Shown here in pieces: positions 24,883-37,605 of a stretch of DNA of 64,000 nucleotides. The translations under genes and the position numbers were made by a program. Numbering within the stretch: position 1 is the first letter of the stretch; each line of letters begins with the position of its first letter. The notes below the pieces were generated by a model that was not told where the DNA came from, did no database searches, and saw only the letters and a list, made by a program, of their open reading frames with translations. This DNA comes from Phoronis australis (Eukaryota > Animalia > Phoronida): positions 496,001-560,000 of the forward strand of contig NMRA01000147.1 in assembly GCA_002633005.1 (NCBI GenBank), in the 5' to 3' direction.

Positions 24883-25785
24883 CTATTTTGTTTTGTAGCA
24901 AAATCCAGTGCCTTCCAATTCCTTGTCAACCCACTCGCCAATCGCGTTAGTGATTTCTACTGGCAGACCTTCCTTCCAGTCACCCACGACGCCCTTGCGG
25001 AAGAACGGGCACCCTCCTTTGTCCATCAAGACGGATTCCAGGGGTTGGGTACTGGGGCACTTTCTCATGTTTTCAATGGAGCTCAACTCCGCAATCGATT
25101 GTACCTGCTTTGGCGTAACCTGTTTCCCCATGAAGTCGGCGATTCTACCGATTTCTTTCTCCAGGTCTCTCTTCATGTCTTCGTAATGTACGACTAACAG
25201 AGGCATATCTTCTCTGTGCTCCCACCAAGACTTGTACATGCTTGGATACGTACCACAACCGTAGGGAAGGTCGCCCTTCATCATGCACTGTACGAAATCT
25301 TCTAAGGTACCTCGAAACGGTTCATACATCTTCGTTGATGTGAAAAACGGGTACATACTATTGACGACATCTTTCGGGTTTCTCACTTGTAAGATGACCT
25401 TGACCTTGCCTTCTTGCACTGCGCGTGGCGCACATTGCCAATGCAAGTGTGTGTTGAACAATCTTGGGCTTGCCTTATTCTTCCATCTCTCCACGATCAT
25501 GCTATTTGACTGGTGTGCTCTTCCAGTAATAAGGTTGTTATCGAGCTCCAGAAATTCAACGTGGTCGCCCAAGTATTTCTTTTCCAATGCTTGTTTATCG
25601 CCATCGAGAACAAGGAGTGTCAGGATGTACTTCAGCCAGTGTGTTCCTGTCTTCACATGACTGGCTACAAGAACATCCGATTCACGCATTTCCAAATTTG
25701 GAATCATTTCCGCCAGTCTTTCATAATCGTAGGTTGTTTTCTTAAATTTGATCCCTTTGTAGACAAAGTACTGGTTCTGTGGTGC
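24883..25785 (-). CDS. Cytosolic PAPS-dependent sulfotransferase (SULT1-like), main exon
   Basis: 5'-PSB loop SHVKTGTHW, catalytic His in PRLFNTHL, 3'-PB RNPKDVVNS, YEDMK, FFRKGVVGDWK. Acceptor TTTTCATTTAG at 25786; the exon opens in frame with APQNQYFVYKGIKF. Confidence 0.95.
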   Translation of the reverse strand, partial: APQNQYFVYKGIKFKKTTYDYERLAEMIPNLEMRESDVLVASHVKTGTHWLKYILTLLVLDGDKQALEKKYLGDHVEFLELDNNLITGRAHQSNSMIVERWKNKASPRLFNTHLHWQCAPRAVQEGKVKVILQVRNPKDVVNSMYPFFTSTKMYEPFRGTLEDFVQCMMKGDLPYGCGTYPSMYKSWWEHREDMPLLVVHYEDMKRDLEKEIGRIADFMGKQVTPKQVQSIAELSSIENMRKCPSTQPLESVLMDKGGCPFFRKGVVGDWKEGLPVEITNAIGEWVDKELEGTGFCYKTK

Positions 25786-25959
25786 CTAAATGAAAACGAA
25801 CAAGTAAATCAGAGTTGTAAAGTAGACTATAGCGAGAAACATGATGTCAGTTCGGGACATTCGGCACTTGGTCAAAATTCCCATGGGAGTTCGCACTGAA
25901 AATGTTTCCGCACGTATTGTCAAACACAGGTGCTGATGAAAACATTTGTATCAGTATTA

Positions 25960-26403
25960 CCGGGATTTTCCGTAGATAAGTCCATCCAATGAAACGCCCA
26001 AGGACGTTTATTCGGGAAATTATGCCGAATACACGACCAGGGTCGTTTATTTGGTGTTACAACTTGTGGTGCCAAGTGTCCAGACAGTGGGGCGTTTATT
26101 TGGAAATTTTTGTCTTCGAAGCCCACTCAGCGTCAACTTTTTGTCACCAATTCATCTTTGTGGAGCATTTATTATTTATACAAAAACGAACAGGGTGTTG
26201 GCAACCTATGCATTTATCAACATAATATTAAAAAAAACGCAGTTTTAAGTAAAAAGTTGTCAAAGTCAGCAAGCTTATGACTTTCTGTTTACACGCCCCT
26301 TATCCCAATAAACACTCGGGCGTTCATTTGGTATTGCTAAAACACTTGAAATTTTTTCATTTGCCGAATACACGCCCATGGGCTTATCAACGGAAATTCC
26401 CAG
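25960..26403. mobile_element. Tc1/mariner (pogo/Tigger-like) MITE in the sulfotransferase intron
   Basis: TIRs CCGGGATTTTCCGTAGATAAGTCCAT and ATGGGCTTATCAACGGAAATTCCCAG, with TA on both flanks. Confidence 0.7.
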
Positions 26404-27076
26404 TATCTGTGACGGATCAAGTAGGTCATGTTCAGAGCTTGCTTTATTCTGTTGGTTGAGATGTCAAGTTGTGTACCCAAAATAAAATGCAACTTTCTGA
26501 TTTCGTTCAATCTATCTCATTACTAATGAGGTCGCGTATGTGGCTTTATTTTATCATTACCATTGAACTAAAATACAAAATTCGTTGTGCATCGAGAAAC
26601 GTGATATTCCATTTAACTACGTTCTCGATTGAAAGCTTACAAACCTCTGATTTGCTTATGTCGAGATTGGTCGAGTGACTCTAAAGTTACAAGTTAAGGT
26701 ATACCTAATCATGGAAATAAGTGTAAAAGTAGTATTAGCACAACTGAAAAGTCCAACAGTCATCATACCCAGATTAGATGTTGCATAATCAAAGTGGTTC
26801 CTTTGGACTCGGCTACGTACGAGTTGTTGTCAGTGAATTTTGATATGTTTAAACCATATTATATTAAAAGTTTGTTAATCTTGATGCTATAGTTGTGAAG
26901 GTAAAGCTATGTGTCAATATCGCGATGCATGATCTTGGTGACATCATTGAGAGGGAGATAATTCCCCATACATGTTTCAAGTACGGCTACGAAAAGATCT
27001 CTCAATGTTCGTATACAGGCCATAGTCCCAGCTCTCCTATCTTTCACCTCCGTGGCTACTTTCGGGGGGGGGGGGG

Positions 27077-27187
27077 NNNNNNNNNNNNNNNNNNNNNNNN
27101 NNNNNNNNNNNNNNNNNNNNNNNNNNNNNNNNNNNNNNNNNNNNNNNNNNNNNNNNNNNNNNNNNNNNNNNNNNNNNNNNNNNNNNN
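27077..27187. other. Assembly gap flanked by poly-G runs
   Basis: 111 Ns with G homopolymers on both sides. Confidence 0.99.
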
Positions 27188-27210
27188 GGGGGGGGGGGGG
27201 GGCTAAAGCC

Positions 27211-27282
27211 CATGTGCGTCCTAGCACTGAAAAAAGTGGGAGGGGGGTTAGCCCCGCAGCTCCCTATGGTGCGCTGCTCATG
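27211..27282. mobile_element. ~70-bp hairpin mini-MITE, CATGGGCGGCG family
   Basis: Shares the core AGCACTGAAAAAAGTGGG and terminal CATG with copies at 51355-51425 and 56383-56452. Confidence 0.6.
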
Positions 27283-28599
27283 AGTTGATGTCATCCAGCA
27301 GGCTGTTTACATCTACTGTCTACATTGGACAGTATTAATTCTTGGATGGGTGTGTAAGTAATTAGCACAATACCAAGGACCATGGCTCCTACACCAGCAG
27401 GCAGCAGTTAGGAATTGAGGAAAGCCTAGTCAAGTGGCAAGTGTCATCATACTGACATATATGGAATTATTGACATGTACCTGAATCATTTTGTGCTTCC
27501 GCAAACAACAGTTTTGGGCCAGCTAGAATACTGATGAAGCCATATTTCCAGAGATTATTATTTTATCTTTATGTTATTTGTACACTCATATTTCTGTACC
27601 TTATCAGTCATAATAAATGACCTTATATCGCCTATACACGGTCTCCTTTGTATCTCTGGAAACGGAGCTTGCGACGCACCTATTATTTTCGGGACATATT
27701 CCAAGCATAAATTATTTGATGCGTGTGCGACTTCACAATGCCTGACCCTTGTTGCATTCATGTCTCAGATTCTGTTAAGAATTCTGAGCTCCTGGAATTT
27801 TTCGGTATTACATGGTCTAAGCCTGGGCTTAGGCTACTTCAAACAAATGGATCAACATTGAGAGCAATTAAAGTATCATTGCTGAGAAGGTTTTAAGTTT
27901 TGTGAAAAAACAGGGCTCTTCTAACACAAGCAGTGTTACAGACACCTTACACATGTAACAAAAACTTAAAGAGCTCTTAAAAAAGAAAAAGAACAAGGTA
28001 ATGAAGGAAACGATATTGAAGCTACTGGAAAATTAAGGAGATTGTCAATGTCAGTTCCATTGAACAGTGTTCAAAGAAATGTATACGTGTTGCCACCACA
28101 ATGGCTCATTTGCCACAAATCAAAGTCCATCAAAGAAAACTTAGCCTAGTTCCAAACTTTCTCTTGTAACTAGGCCTACCTTAGTTTAGACCAGAGAAGA
28201 AAAGAACCATTTTGTTTAATAAGTTTGGAGTATTAGAAGCCCGAATGTCAAAGGTGGCAGTAGTTTTTACTTTCATGTGAATGATCAACACTGCTTTATA
28301 TGAACTTCCAAGCTTATTTTCAGACCCATTTATGTAAAAACATGAGCAGTGTATGGAATTAAATATTAAAATGCAAATATTGTCATGTTCTGTATATCGT
28401 TATTCTTGACAATTCAGACGTTGCTCAGATTTCAGTGTCTCACATTTTAGAGACTCTTGAATTTGAGAATTGTTAGCACTGGAAAATTTTCTCTTCCAAT
28501 TATGTACAATCTAAAACAAGCGTCAAAAGGAATTTTAGGGCAAATAAGACGCTTTTCAATTTTACACAAAAGCTATTGCACAAATGAGCATTCCTCTAT

Positions 28600-30805
28600 T
28601 TTCAAAGTCTGAACTACAGTATTAAGGACCATAAAGAATCCTCTATCTTAAATTGTTTGAAGGCAACTGTACAGTCCAATCAATGCTAGTAATGATGCTT
28701 ACTTTTGCTGAGCTCATTGACAATATTTCACTTGTTGGCCATACTGTGTGCTAAAGTGAAGAGCATTTTGGTTATGTTTCAGTAAAAAGGATTACTGTAA
28801 CAAGGCTGAAGTGTTTCGATGAAACGATATTCAGGTTGAATTTTTTTTATTCCGGGTAGGGTTTTTCAAAGTTTGTCATTAAAGATGGGCTCAACATTCG
28901 TGTTTCCTGGTCAACTCTTGGAAGACATTGAACCGTGTGTATGCAACCTGTACCGCGATCTCATCATCAACAGTTGACAAAGCACGTCACCACACATTTT
29001 TATTTGCTGTTACATGCCAACAGAGTAAACTACCAGTGTGCCATGCACAAACGAGCCTTGCAGCAGCATGTTAGTGTACCATCTCCAGTAAGTAATGGGC
29101 TTTGAACCTTTAGCCCCAGAAAATGTTAATTGCAAGTAGCATGGTTGAAGTAAAAATAAAGGGCTATTGTTTGAAGTCGGGCATGCCGTGTTCTAAGTAG
29201 TATGACTGTCGAGATTGTGTGAACACAGTTTCCCAAGAAACAACTTTTGATGACGAATATGATGAAGTGGATGAGGAAACATAAAAAGTATGTACTGTGT
29301 TGTTCAAGAACTTTAAATTTGAAGTCTAATGGAAAATCATTGACAACATTTTATCATGCTCGTGGCCCTCAGGGGTGCATGCTGTACATTCCCCTTTGAA
29401 AGTTGACAGTGAACGGCAATGTGAATAGTGATTACAAATTGTGACAATTAATGAAAGTGATGACAGTAAACTCATTGCAAAAGCGTTGGAAATGTATGTT
29501 GCTCATATGTAGCTTGTAATGCCAAATCATTTTCAAGTTCTGTACTTTTGTACTGTTCTTTTGGTAGGAGTTCAGAATATAGTATTGTGTTTTCTGGCCA
29601 ACAGTAGGCGATGCTAAAACTGTTCTTTTTCTCTTTTTTGATCGATTTTCCACCTAATGTCATAATATTTATCTCCTTTCTTGCGCAGTAACTTCAAATG
29701 AACAAAACCCAATCAAATTATCATTCAGTTTTTGTCTAGTGTTTTTGATTTTAGAAGACTGATTTTATGTGTCAAATTTTGCAAAAAGTCAGATGTTTGA
29801 GGTCCAATTTCTCGAAAACGTGCAAGTTAAACCTTGCGAACTTAGATTCTTAAAACTTAGTACTTAATGACTTTAGAAACATCAAAAATATTTTCTAGGC
29901 TTCCTAGAGACCAATGGCTTATTTAATCATATCATGCAGAGTTAAGTAATCAAGATAATGAGCAAACTACTCTTGTTGGTCACAATTTACATGAATTATG
30001 CAAATTCATGATGCGATGACCTGTTAACTGATTTCGTTATGTTCATTGACCACAAAAACATGGGTGTGTAATATCAAAATAATCTACATGTTTCTAAGGT
30101 CATTAAGTACTAAGTTTTAAGAATCTAAGTTCGCAAGGTTTAACTTGCACGTGTTCGAGAAATTGGACCTCAAACATCTGACTTTTTGCAAAATTTGGCA
30201 CAGAATTGTAAATAATGGGGTGATTTACTTTTGCACAAATTATGCAAATTCATCATGCAGCATCCCGTTATTTCAGTAAGTTAACTGACCAAATATCAAT
30301 GTAACTGGGGTGACTGATACCACAGGTATTAAAGGGCAAGAAGAATTTTCAATAATGCCTGTCTCTGTTTGCAAATTTTCGATGCATCCAACTTCAAAGT
30401 AGCTCCGATAATTTTTTTTTCACATAAACACGGCTGCGAATATCAATACGCTTTGTCCTGTTGTGCCTGAATAGCAGTAGGACTTTCATTACTGATTGCC
30501 TCAGTTTGCATAATTTATGCCAGTTCTCCACGTTTCCACCTCCAAAGAAGCTCCACTAAATTCACTGACCATAGAAACATAGGTAAAACACCAAAATAAT
30601 ATACCTGCAGTGCTTGTAAGCCGGAAGCGATCAGTAAACATAGAATCTTGCATAGTACAGGTCTTCATTTGCATATTTTAGAAATGCTCATGTTTGTTTA
30701 AGATTATAACTCATATATACTCTTCAGGAGGTCACTTAAGTATAAAACAACCAAAAACCCTACCAAGAATTTGTAGGCACCAATTATTGGGTACTGGACG
30801 GACTG
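28600..30805 (+). mobile_element. Decayed Academ-like DNA transposon (3' part of transposase plus terminal region)
   Basis: Frameshifted translation EDIEPCVCNLY..VDKARHHTF..KLP..VPSPVSNG..PLAPENVNCK*HG*..YCLKSGMPCSK*YDCRDCVN followed by an acidic tail (28921-29284) fits the XPG-plus-Cys8 C-terminus of Academ. Repeated TATGCAAAT motifs follow; candidate terminus CTGGACGGACTG at ~30805. Confidence 0.55.
29769..30202. repeat. Near-perfect inverted repeat, ~114-bp arms, ~205-bp spacer
   Basis: 29769-29882 is the reverse complement of 30088-30202 with about 3 mismatches. Confidence 0.9.
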
Positions 30806-32024
30806 ATTAGGCCTTTATCCAGGATTTCGAAAATAGGGTGTCCAAAATGGGGTTCCCAATATTCCAGGGCGTCCATGATTCCGGCGCATAACCCCCCACC
30901 CCCACCCCCACCCCCAGCAATCCCCCCCAAACACATATTTTTTACAAAAAATGCATAAACCAAGGTTTTTACATCTATGTTTACAAAACAGCCTTCTGTA
31001 GTGAGCATTTTTACTAAAGAAAACTGTGTTGACCAAGACTTTTACAATGCTATCAACCAAGTGTGAGCATAGCAACATTGTATATACGGTACTTTGTATA
31101 TACACTGTATATGCCTTTCTGCTTTGAAAAAACAGCCACCACTGTGAGTCTTCATAGGCTTCCTAGTAATCATTACAATGTGTGTGTCCGGCCAAACTTG
31201 AAAGGTTCCTATTGATAGTGGGCGTCCAAATGATACATTGGGCGTCCTTGCCCAGGACGTACGCTGCATAAAGGCCTGGGACTGATGCTTCACTAAAGAA
31301 AATAGACTCCTGGACAAACACATGCGGTACTTCTATTCCCTTTGAATGGACTTTGGCACAGAATCTATTATGTTGCATAATCTTTCCCATTTGCTATAGT
31401 ACGTATGCTCGCATCTGGTATCCAAATCATAGGTTACGCAATGAAACTGACAGGCAAGAAAATTCCGACTTAATCCTCCTTGTCGAAAGTATCTCGAGGA
31501 ATTTCATTTAGTGTCGGCACCGGAGACGGAATGGCTGTAACATAGTCTTATAAAAATCATATTGAATTAGACACAAACCATAATTAAGGAAAATTTGTTC
31601 TGGATATTCTATATTGGTTTAATTATTAGTTTTGTCTCTTTAGTAATTTTGGTTATCGGTCCTTCATTCTTGGTCATCAAGTTCGTCTACATCTAGATTT
31701 TATGACAATTTTCTGAATTGATGATTAATATCCAGAAATAATATTTGAGTTGAGATGACACATGTAGGTTACAGAATAAGATCACCAGTGGTTATTACTG
31801 CCACCAGATTCTCATTCTCCATGGGAACTAAGGGTAAGATATTTGGACAGTATGTCGATACATGTGATGAATTAAACCAAGTAAGCACAGCTCAGTAGTA
31901 CACGAACTACCTTACAAAATAAACAATGATGTGTTGAACGCCAACTTAATATTATGTTTAACATTTGTCCCATAGCCCCAAATGAACAAAGCGCATAGGT
32001 AACGATTAATACGCTCATACTCAC

Positions 32025-32051
32025 CAATGACTCATCGTTGCCGGTTGACAT
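32025..32051 (-). CDS. Sulfotransferase first coding micro-exon (MSTGNDESL)
   Basis: AACATG start, 27 nt, consensus donor TTG|GTGAGT, phase 0 matching the acceptor at 25786; joined protein is 309 aa. The link is inferred because the intron spans an assembly gap. Confidence 0.65.
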
Positions 32052-33930
32052 GTTATAGGACGACTTGGGCCAAAAGATGCGCTGTGTGCGTGTTCGCGAC
32101 AGGCCAAGGCTCAGACAACTAAATAGTGGTCTGACGTCAAGGTAACACCCACTTCACACAGGATTGATATCACAAGGGAACGCCCGCCAGGTGGAGAATG
32201 GCAAGCACGGCGCTGTATGTTGTTTGAGTAGATTTTATACGTCCAGAATAGCAAAATAATAGCATAAGGTTTACAATGACTCCAGCGGCTTGAGAAATCT
32301 TACCGGTGATTTTACATCACTTGGTACGGGGAGCTCAGTGGCCGCCGTTGCATGAAACAGTCCCAAATAGGGACTCAACTAAGGTCCCTAAGTCTTTTTC
32401 CGTATTTGTGTCTTTATGGACTCACGGATGTAATATTTTACTATCATTTTATCTTTATTATGAGCTCCTCTTTGATTAATGACATTTTCTAATAACATAA
32501 CTAAACATTGAGCCCAGAATTCATTGAAAATAAATAGGGACCCAGTCCTTAAATGGGAGGTGTTGCATGAAAAGATCCATTATTTTCAATACAATTCAAT
32601 GTAGAGTCCACTCTCGATGTAAGTTGACTTAGTAATGGAATTGAAACAATACAAGAAAAGGCCGCCCAATCAGCGTTTCTGATTGGCTGGTCGAATTCTC
32701 AACAGGCAGCGCTTTACTTGAAACTGGCATGACTGGAGGAAGTGTAAGTGTGGTCTCTTGTACAGGGCAAATCGGTGCTTAAAATTTGTTCAGGAAATGT
32801 GAATCCCAGAAATTGTGATTGCTACATTTCGGAGTGCATCTTTCTACTGTCGATGATTTTTGTTTACGATACTATCCTGTATTCATACAGTATGAGTAAC
32901 ACACCGGTTAAATCTGCCAGATATGTGGTTATTGTACATGGGTGCTTCAAGCACGCGGCTATTAAACATTACTGCAGAAACGAAATAGTTGCTGCTACAC
33001 CACTTGCATGACAATGCTAAAAGTCGTTCATACTCCACCATTTTTCACGTTGTTGTAAAGCTAACCAATGACTGCCGAAGTTACATCAACCAATTCTAAA
33101 GCACGTGCTACTGCGTAATACCTGCGTGTTGGCTAGGCACCTAGGGAACCAGCGAGAGGTACAGAGCACTACTACAACGACGGTTTTCATTGGCTGTCAG
33201 CTGACAATTTTTAACCAGGAAGTTTGCGTGCGCTTGCTCACTAAATAAAAACATCCGGTAAATCCGGCGAACGTCGAATCTCTCTGGTAGGCAAGTTGTT
33301 TAAATTGCAATTTTACTAAGAAACAGGCGTGTAAGGGCATAGGCGGATTTAACCCCAGTAATTAAAATTATACGGATGAAAAAAGATTTAAAAGTGTGCA
33401 GTTTTAGTATTGGGGGCGGGAGGGGGGTGGGGGTGGGGCTCAAATCCAATTTCAAGTGTCAAATTCGGAACACGGCGCATTCGTAACGGAAGTAGGGCTA
33501 AGTATAGGCTCTCCCGCGATATCCCAGGCGACCGGCAGTGGCGCTGCGCACTACGAGTCTGTTTCCGTCGTCTGCTCCGCTGTGCAATGAAGAAAATTTA
33601 CTTCATTTTTTAAAGAAAATGGAACCTGAGTGACGATGAAAAACAGAAGCTGCTGGTAAGATGTGAATTTTAATCAACTCGCAATACTCTCTTTGTCAAA
33701 CCTTATCTTAAGACGATTTCCAAAGCAATCCCGTCATTATTGCCAACACGAAAAACGGATTTGGTCTTTTGGGCATTTGAAGACTATTTTAAATACGACA
33801 AATTTGTTAAGAATTGATGGCAAAAAATATAAAACGTGTAATAAGCATTACAAAAAGAAGTAAGTTTCGCGCTTAAACGCTGTGGACCATAAACAAGTAG
33901 GTCTCTTAGTATGAAAACCAGTAGTTAAAT

Positions 33931-33996
33931 CGTGGTGGTGTAGTGGTAACGTACGCGCGCTCTATCTGCCAGGTCGTGAGTTCGATTCTTTGGTAC
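33931..33996 (+). mobile_element. tRNA-derived SINE head or tRNA pseudogene
   Basis: A-box TGGTGTAGTGG at 33936-33946 and B-box GAGTTCGATTC at 33978-33988; the acceptor stem does not pair. Confidence 0.55.
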
Positions 33997-36378
33997 TTCC
34001 TCTTTGACACATTCTCCGTGTTTTTTGCCTTTTTTTCTTGGATAATACTTCAGGAATCGAAGAAAATGCTCGATTTTTAGAGGTAAAAACAGAAAAATTC
34101 CTGGGTGGGAGGGGGGCAAACCTCCCGTCCGACCTCCCCCCAGTCGGTGCTATGCGCATCTACAATCGTGGTTCAGTTTGCGCAAATGCTTACAGCCGGA
34201 CAAAATGTTCGCCCCCCTTGTGATATCCTAGATCCGCCACTAAAGGGATGCAATTATCGATTCACTATCGTAAGATTAAACATGAGATACCAACAGTCTC
34301 AGAATTTCATTTTGCATTTTCGAGATCCAGTACTCGAGCGCGTTTTAGGACTTTCTATGGTTGTCAAACGCGTTGATTTACCACGAACTTGGCAACTGTC
34401 CAAGCAATTCCCAAGTGTGTGTTTGGACATAGAAATGAATATGGATTAACACTGGAATCACGTTTTTCACCTCATATTCTCCAGTTTCACTACTTGAAAA
34501 ACATTTCAAGTAATTATCAAATGTGCTGAAAGTTTCACCAACTTGGCAACTGGCTAGACCATTTTAGTTGTGTCAGTGATATAAAACAGGGAAATGGGCA
34601 AATTATGAGGAACAGCAAAAATATATAACTTTTGTTGTGGGAGCATCAAAAAGCGGGACATTCTGATCTTGTGGTGGGATGCTGGACAAAGTTTCAACAA
34701 GTGGGTCAGTCCCACCAGAAACGGGTAATATGTTTATCACCGTCTACGCAGTATTCACTCCCTAGGACACCACAATTTTCGACCCTCCGGGTAGCCACAA
34801 TTTTCGAGCTACACCCCTCCCAGCTTCGCCATAAATTTTCCTTCTATTTCCCTCTGTCAAGCTGGGTTCTGTGGCTTTGAGGTGGGCCCCCCGCACAACT
34901 TGAGACCCCTAAGTCATTCAGATTACCTTGGGTAAATTCGAAGCCTCAAATTTCTCCTCGGAAGTGAATTCGACCTGCGTGACTTTCAAACTTAGTGGAG
35001 AATGATTGGCCATAATGACCAAGGTTCGAGGATGCACTGAAAACATTTACCTCCAAGGCATCCAGAAAACCTCGGGTGTTTTCGTAACCTCAAATTTCAC
35101 TTAATAAGTGAACGCTATCAGCGCATGTGCGGACTTCAGTTAGCCTATTATTCTCAAGACTGAAAATCACATGACTTGCCATATTTTGGACACCGTTCAT
35201 CTCTGAGAGGATATTTGAGGCTACGAAAATATCCGAATTGTTTTGAAGGAAAATTTGTAAATAGGGAAATAGCCGACTAGATGTTCAGAGGGTAAATTTG
35301 TAGCTACGAAAATCCCGAGAGGTGTCCCAAATGGACCCTAAGCTTTAGTTTTATGCATAATCTAGTACTTGAAGAATCCCCACCCATTTAGACAGTGGCT
35401 AAACAATCATTGGTTGGGACTCGAACTAACAAAAGTTTGTGGTCCGAGGTTTGAAGTTCAGTGAAAATGTAGCCTGATGTTCAACTGTTGTTTTCACCCT
35501 CTAAGCTGAAAGAAGTCGGCCCAGAGATTCCTGTTGTCAAAAATGAGTGTCTGGATACCAAAGTTTTAAAAGTACAGAACGTATTAAAACCCATTCTGCA
35601 GTAGGAAAAGGTACCCTTTGCAGTGTTTTTAAACTCCCAGAGTGAAACCTGTTGTATTCATGGAAAAAGTTTGCTTTGGTAGGGATGTCTTCAAGCACCA
35701 TTTTGTAGAGAATTTGTCACCGTGCTGAGTGTCATGTCCTGTATAAACCTGTGAGAGTACCCTCTTGGGTTTTAGGAAGGTACTTTGAAAGCCCAAGGAG
35801 GGTGAAATGAACCCTATCCCTTTCCCTAACAATGTGAGTTGAACATCTTAGAAAGTTAAAACACAATCATTGTTGATTTCAGAATGTGCTTCTCAGATGG
35901 TGTCTTCTGGCTTCGAGATTCCCTTCGAATCGAATTCCTTAAAGGTGCTATGAATCCGCCTTCTGTGAAAAAGAATAATTTTTTATCTGAACAACTTACT
36001 ACTGTGTACAGGGAATGGAATGACTAATGACAAAAAGACGAAAATTTTCCAGGTGATGTATCATTCCACAAATAAATAGGCTTATGTGATAGAAATGTTT
36101 TTTTGTTGTAAAGTTTAACTGAAATAAATATTTTTGCATGAATAAAGTCAAAATAATCATTAAAAAGAGGAAGCTGGAAATAAAATAAGAGGGAATCAAA
36201 ACAAAAAATAGGAAATCCTCTTACATGTAAAAGAGGAAAATTACAAGCCCGGTATATATCCCTGTCTCAACTTGTGCCTTAGTACACTTGGAGGAACTCA
36301 AACTCTGTTATTGCTCAAAGCCATGTTTGGTGCACTTTGGCTCGCCTGGTCAAGTCAGGTTATTGCGCCAGGTCTTGA

Positions 36379-37605
36379 AGGAGCATGCCACCCAAAAAAC
36401 AACCTAATTTGTATCAATTTAGATCGAGTAGTTCTACTCCATAACGACACGCGCGGTTGCGTTACCTGACACCTGACGGCAGACGGAGGTGTTGAAATTA
36501 TCCAATGACGTCATTGGTTTCACACGCAGTCTGTTCAGCAGTTCACAACACGGGTTACTGGTGTCAGCTTATCGCTTGAAGTCATCGTTTAACACCAATA
36601 AATCATCAAACTTCGATGTAAAACCCTTAAAAATACACCGAGTTCTTATAAAAACGTGTTGTTTTATTTCGCTCTTACGGATTTATTGGTATTTGGACAC
36701 ACCGTAGCCTACAAATTTCGACAGGCCAATAAGGTCCGTAGCAGGAGTTTGGGGACTGTTCGGAGATAATTTACAAGTATTTTCCGTGAGATACAGACAG
36801 GAGAACCTAGATCTGTATTGTTTAGACTTGTGATTTTTTGAGTTCTAAACACAAAACGTTTGTTAGCCTGGTCAGTGGCTCGGAGCCCGATCTGAGGCCT
36901 ATATTGACTCGTTATCCCGTCAGTGGCTCGGAAACTGATCAGACAAATAGCATCTAATGAGACAGACTTTGTTTCAGTTTTATATAAGTATTGGTTAGGG
37001 TGAGAATAATTCATTTTGAAACAGAACGCTCAGTAACAAACGCCAACATTGCGAACTCGCAATCCCGACTTAGGACGAGCAAGAGCTCACCAGTCCCGAC
37101 TTCGTAGGTGGATCGTTAGGTTTTACAGGCTATAAATTCGAACAGGAATACAGTGATAAAGAAATACTAGAGAGGCGCCGTGAACAAGCGCAGACAACGG
37201 AACGTATGGAGTTATTTGGTAAGCCGGCATTCGTCAGGCACTGTCGACGTCTGCAGGCCACAGACACGGAGATGTTTCACGGCCTCATACTTGCTATTTA
37301 CAGCGTACATTTCATTCTTCACTACCATGAGCCACTTCCTAAGCATTTCGGACTCTCGAGGAAGTAAAAAAAAAACGATATACCCGCTTTCCTAGCAGCT
37401 GCTTAGTTCGGACAAGCGGGAACAAAGCACCGCAATGTAGCGGCATTCACTCTGCAACCACTGACGTCGCCAGCGTCGTTTCTCACCTTCCTCACAGGTT
37501 AACGCGACACCTCTTGGCAAGGTAAGGTCGACCGTATGCGAGGCGATGTGGATATAGACCGATTAAGACGGCAAAAAAACTAATTAAATCGGGTGGCATT
37601 CTCCT
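36379..37605 (-). mobile_element. Non-autonomous Kolobok-type element with THAP relic
   Basis: TIR AGGAG(C/A)ATGCCACCC; flanks TTGA and TTAA. The minus strand at 37446-37250 reads RCFVPACPN*..GISFF..LPRESEMLRKWL..HLRVCGL, a THAP C2CH pattern. Confidence 0.7.

Noticed and set aside
24868-25899. Plus-strand ORFs over the sulfotransferase, and antisense ORFs over the GPCRs
   Set aside because: Shadow frames of real genes with no recognisable motifs.
26895-27294. ORFs containing X runs
   Set aside because: Artefacts of the N gap and flanking G runs.
31100-31545. GC-richer block that looks coding on the minus strand
   Set aside because: Contains stops and no family motif I can recognise.
33560-33660. 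Exon-like segment ending in a GTAAG donor
   Set aside because: Frameshifted, and no downstream partner exon was found.
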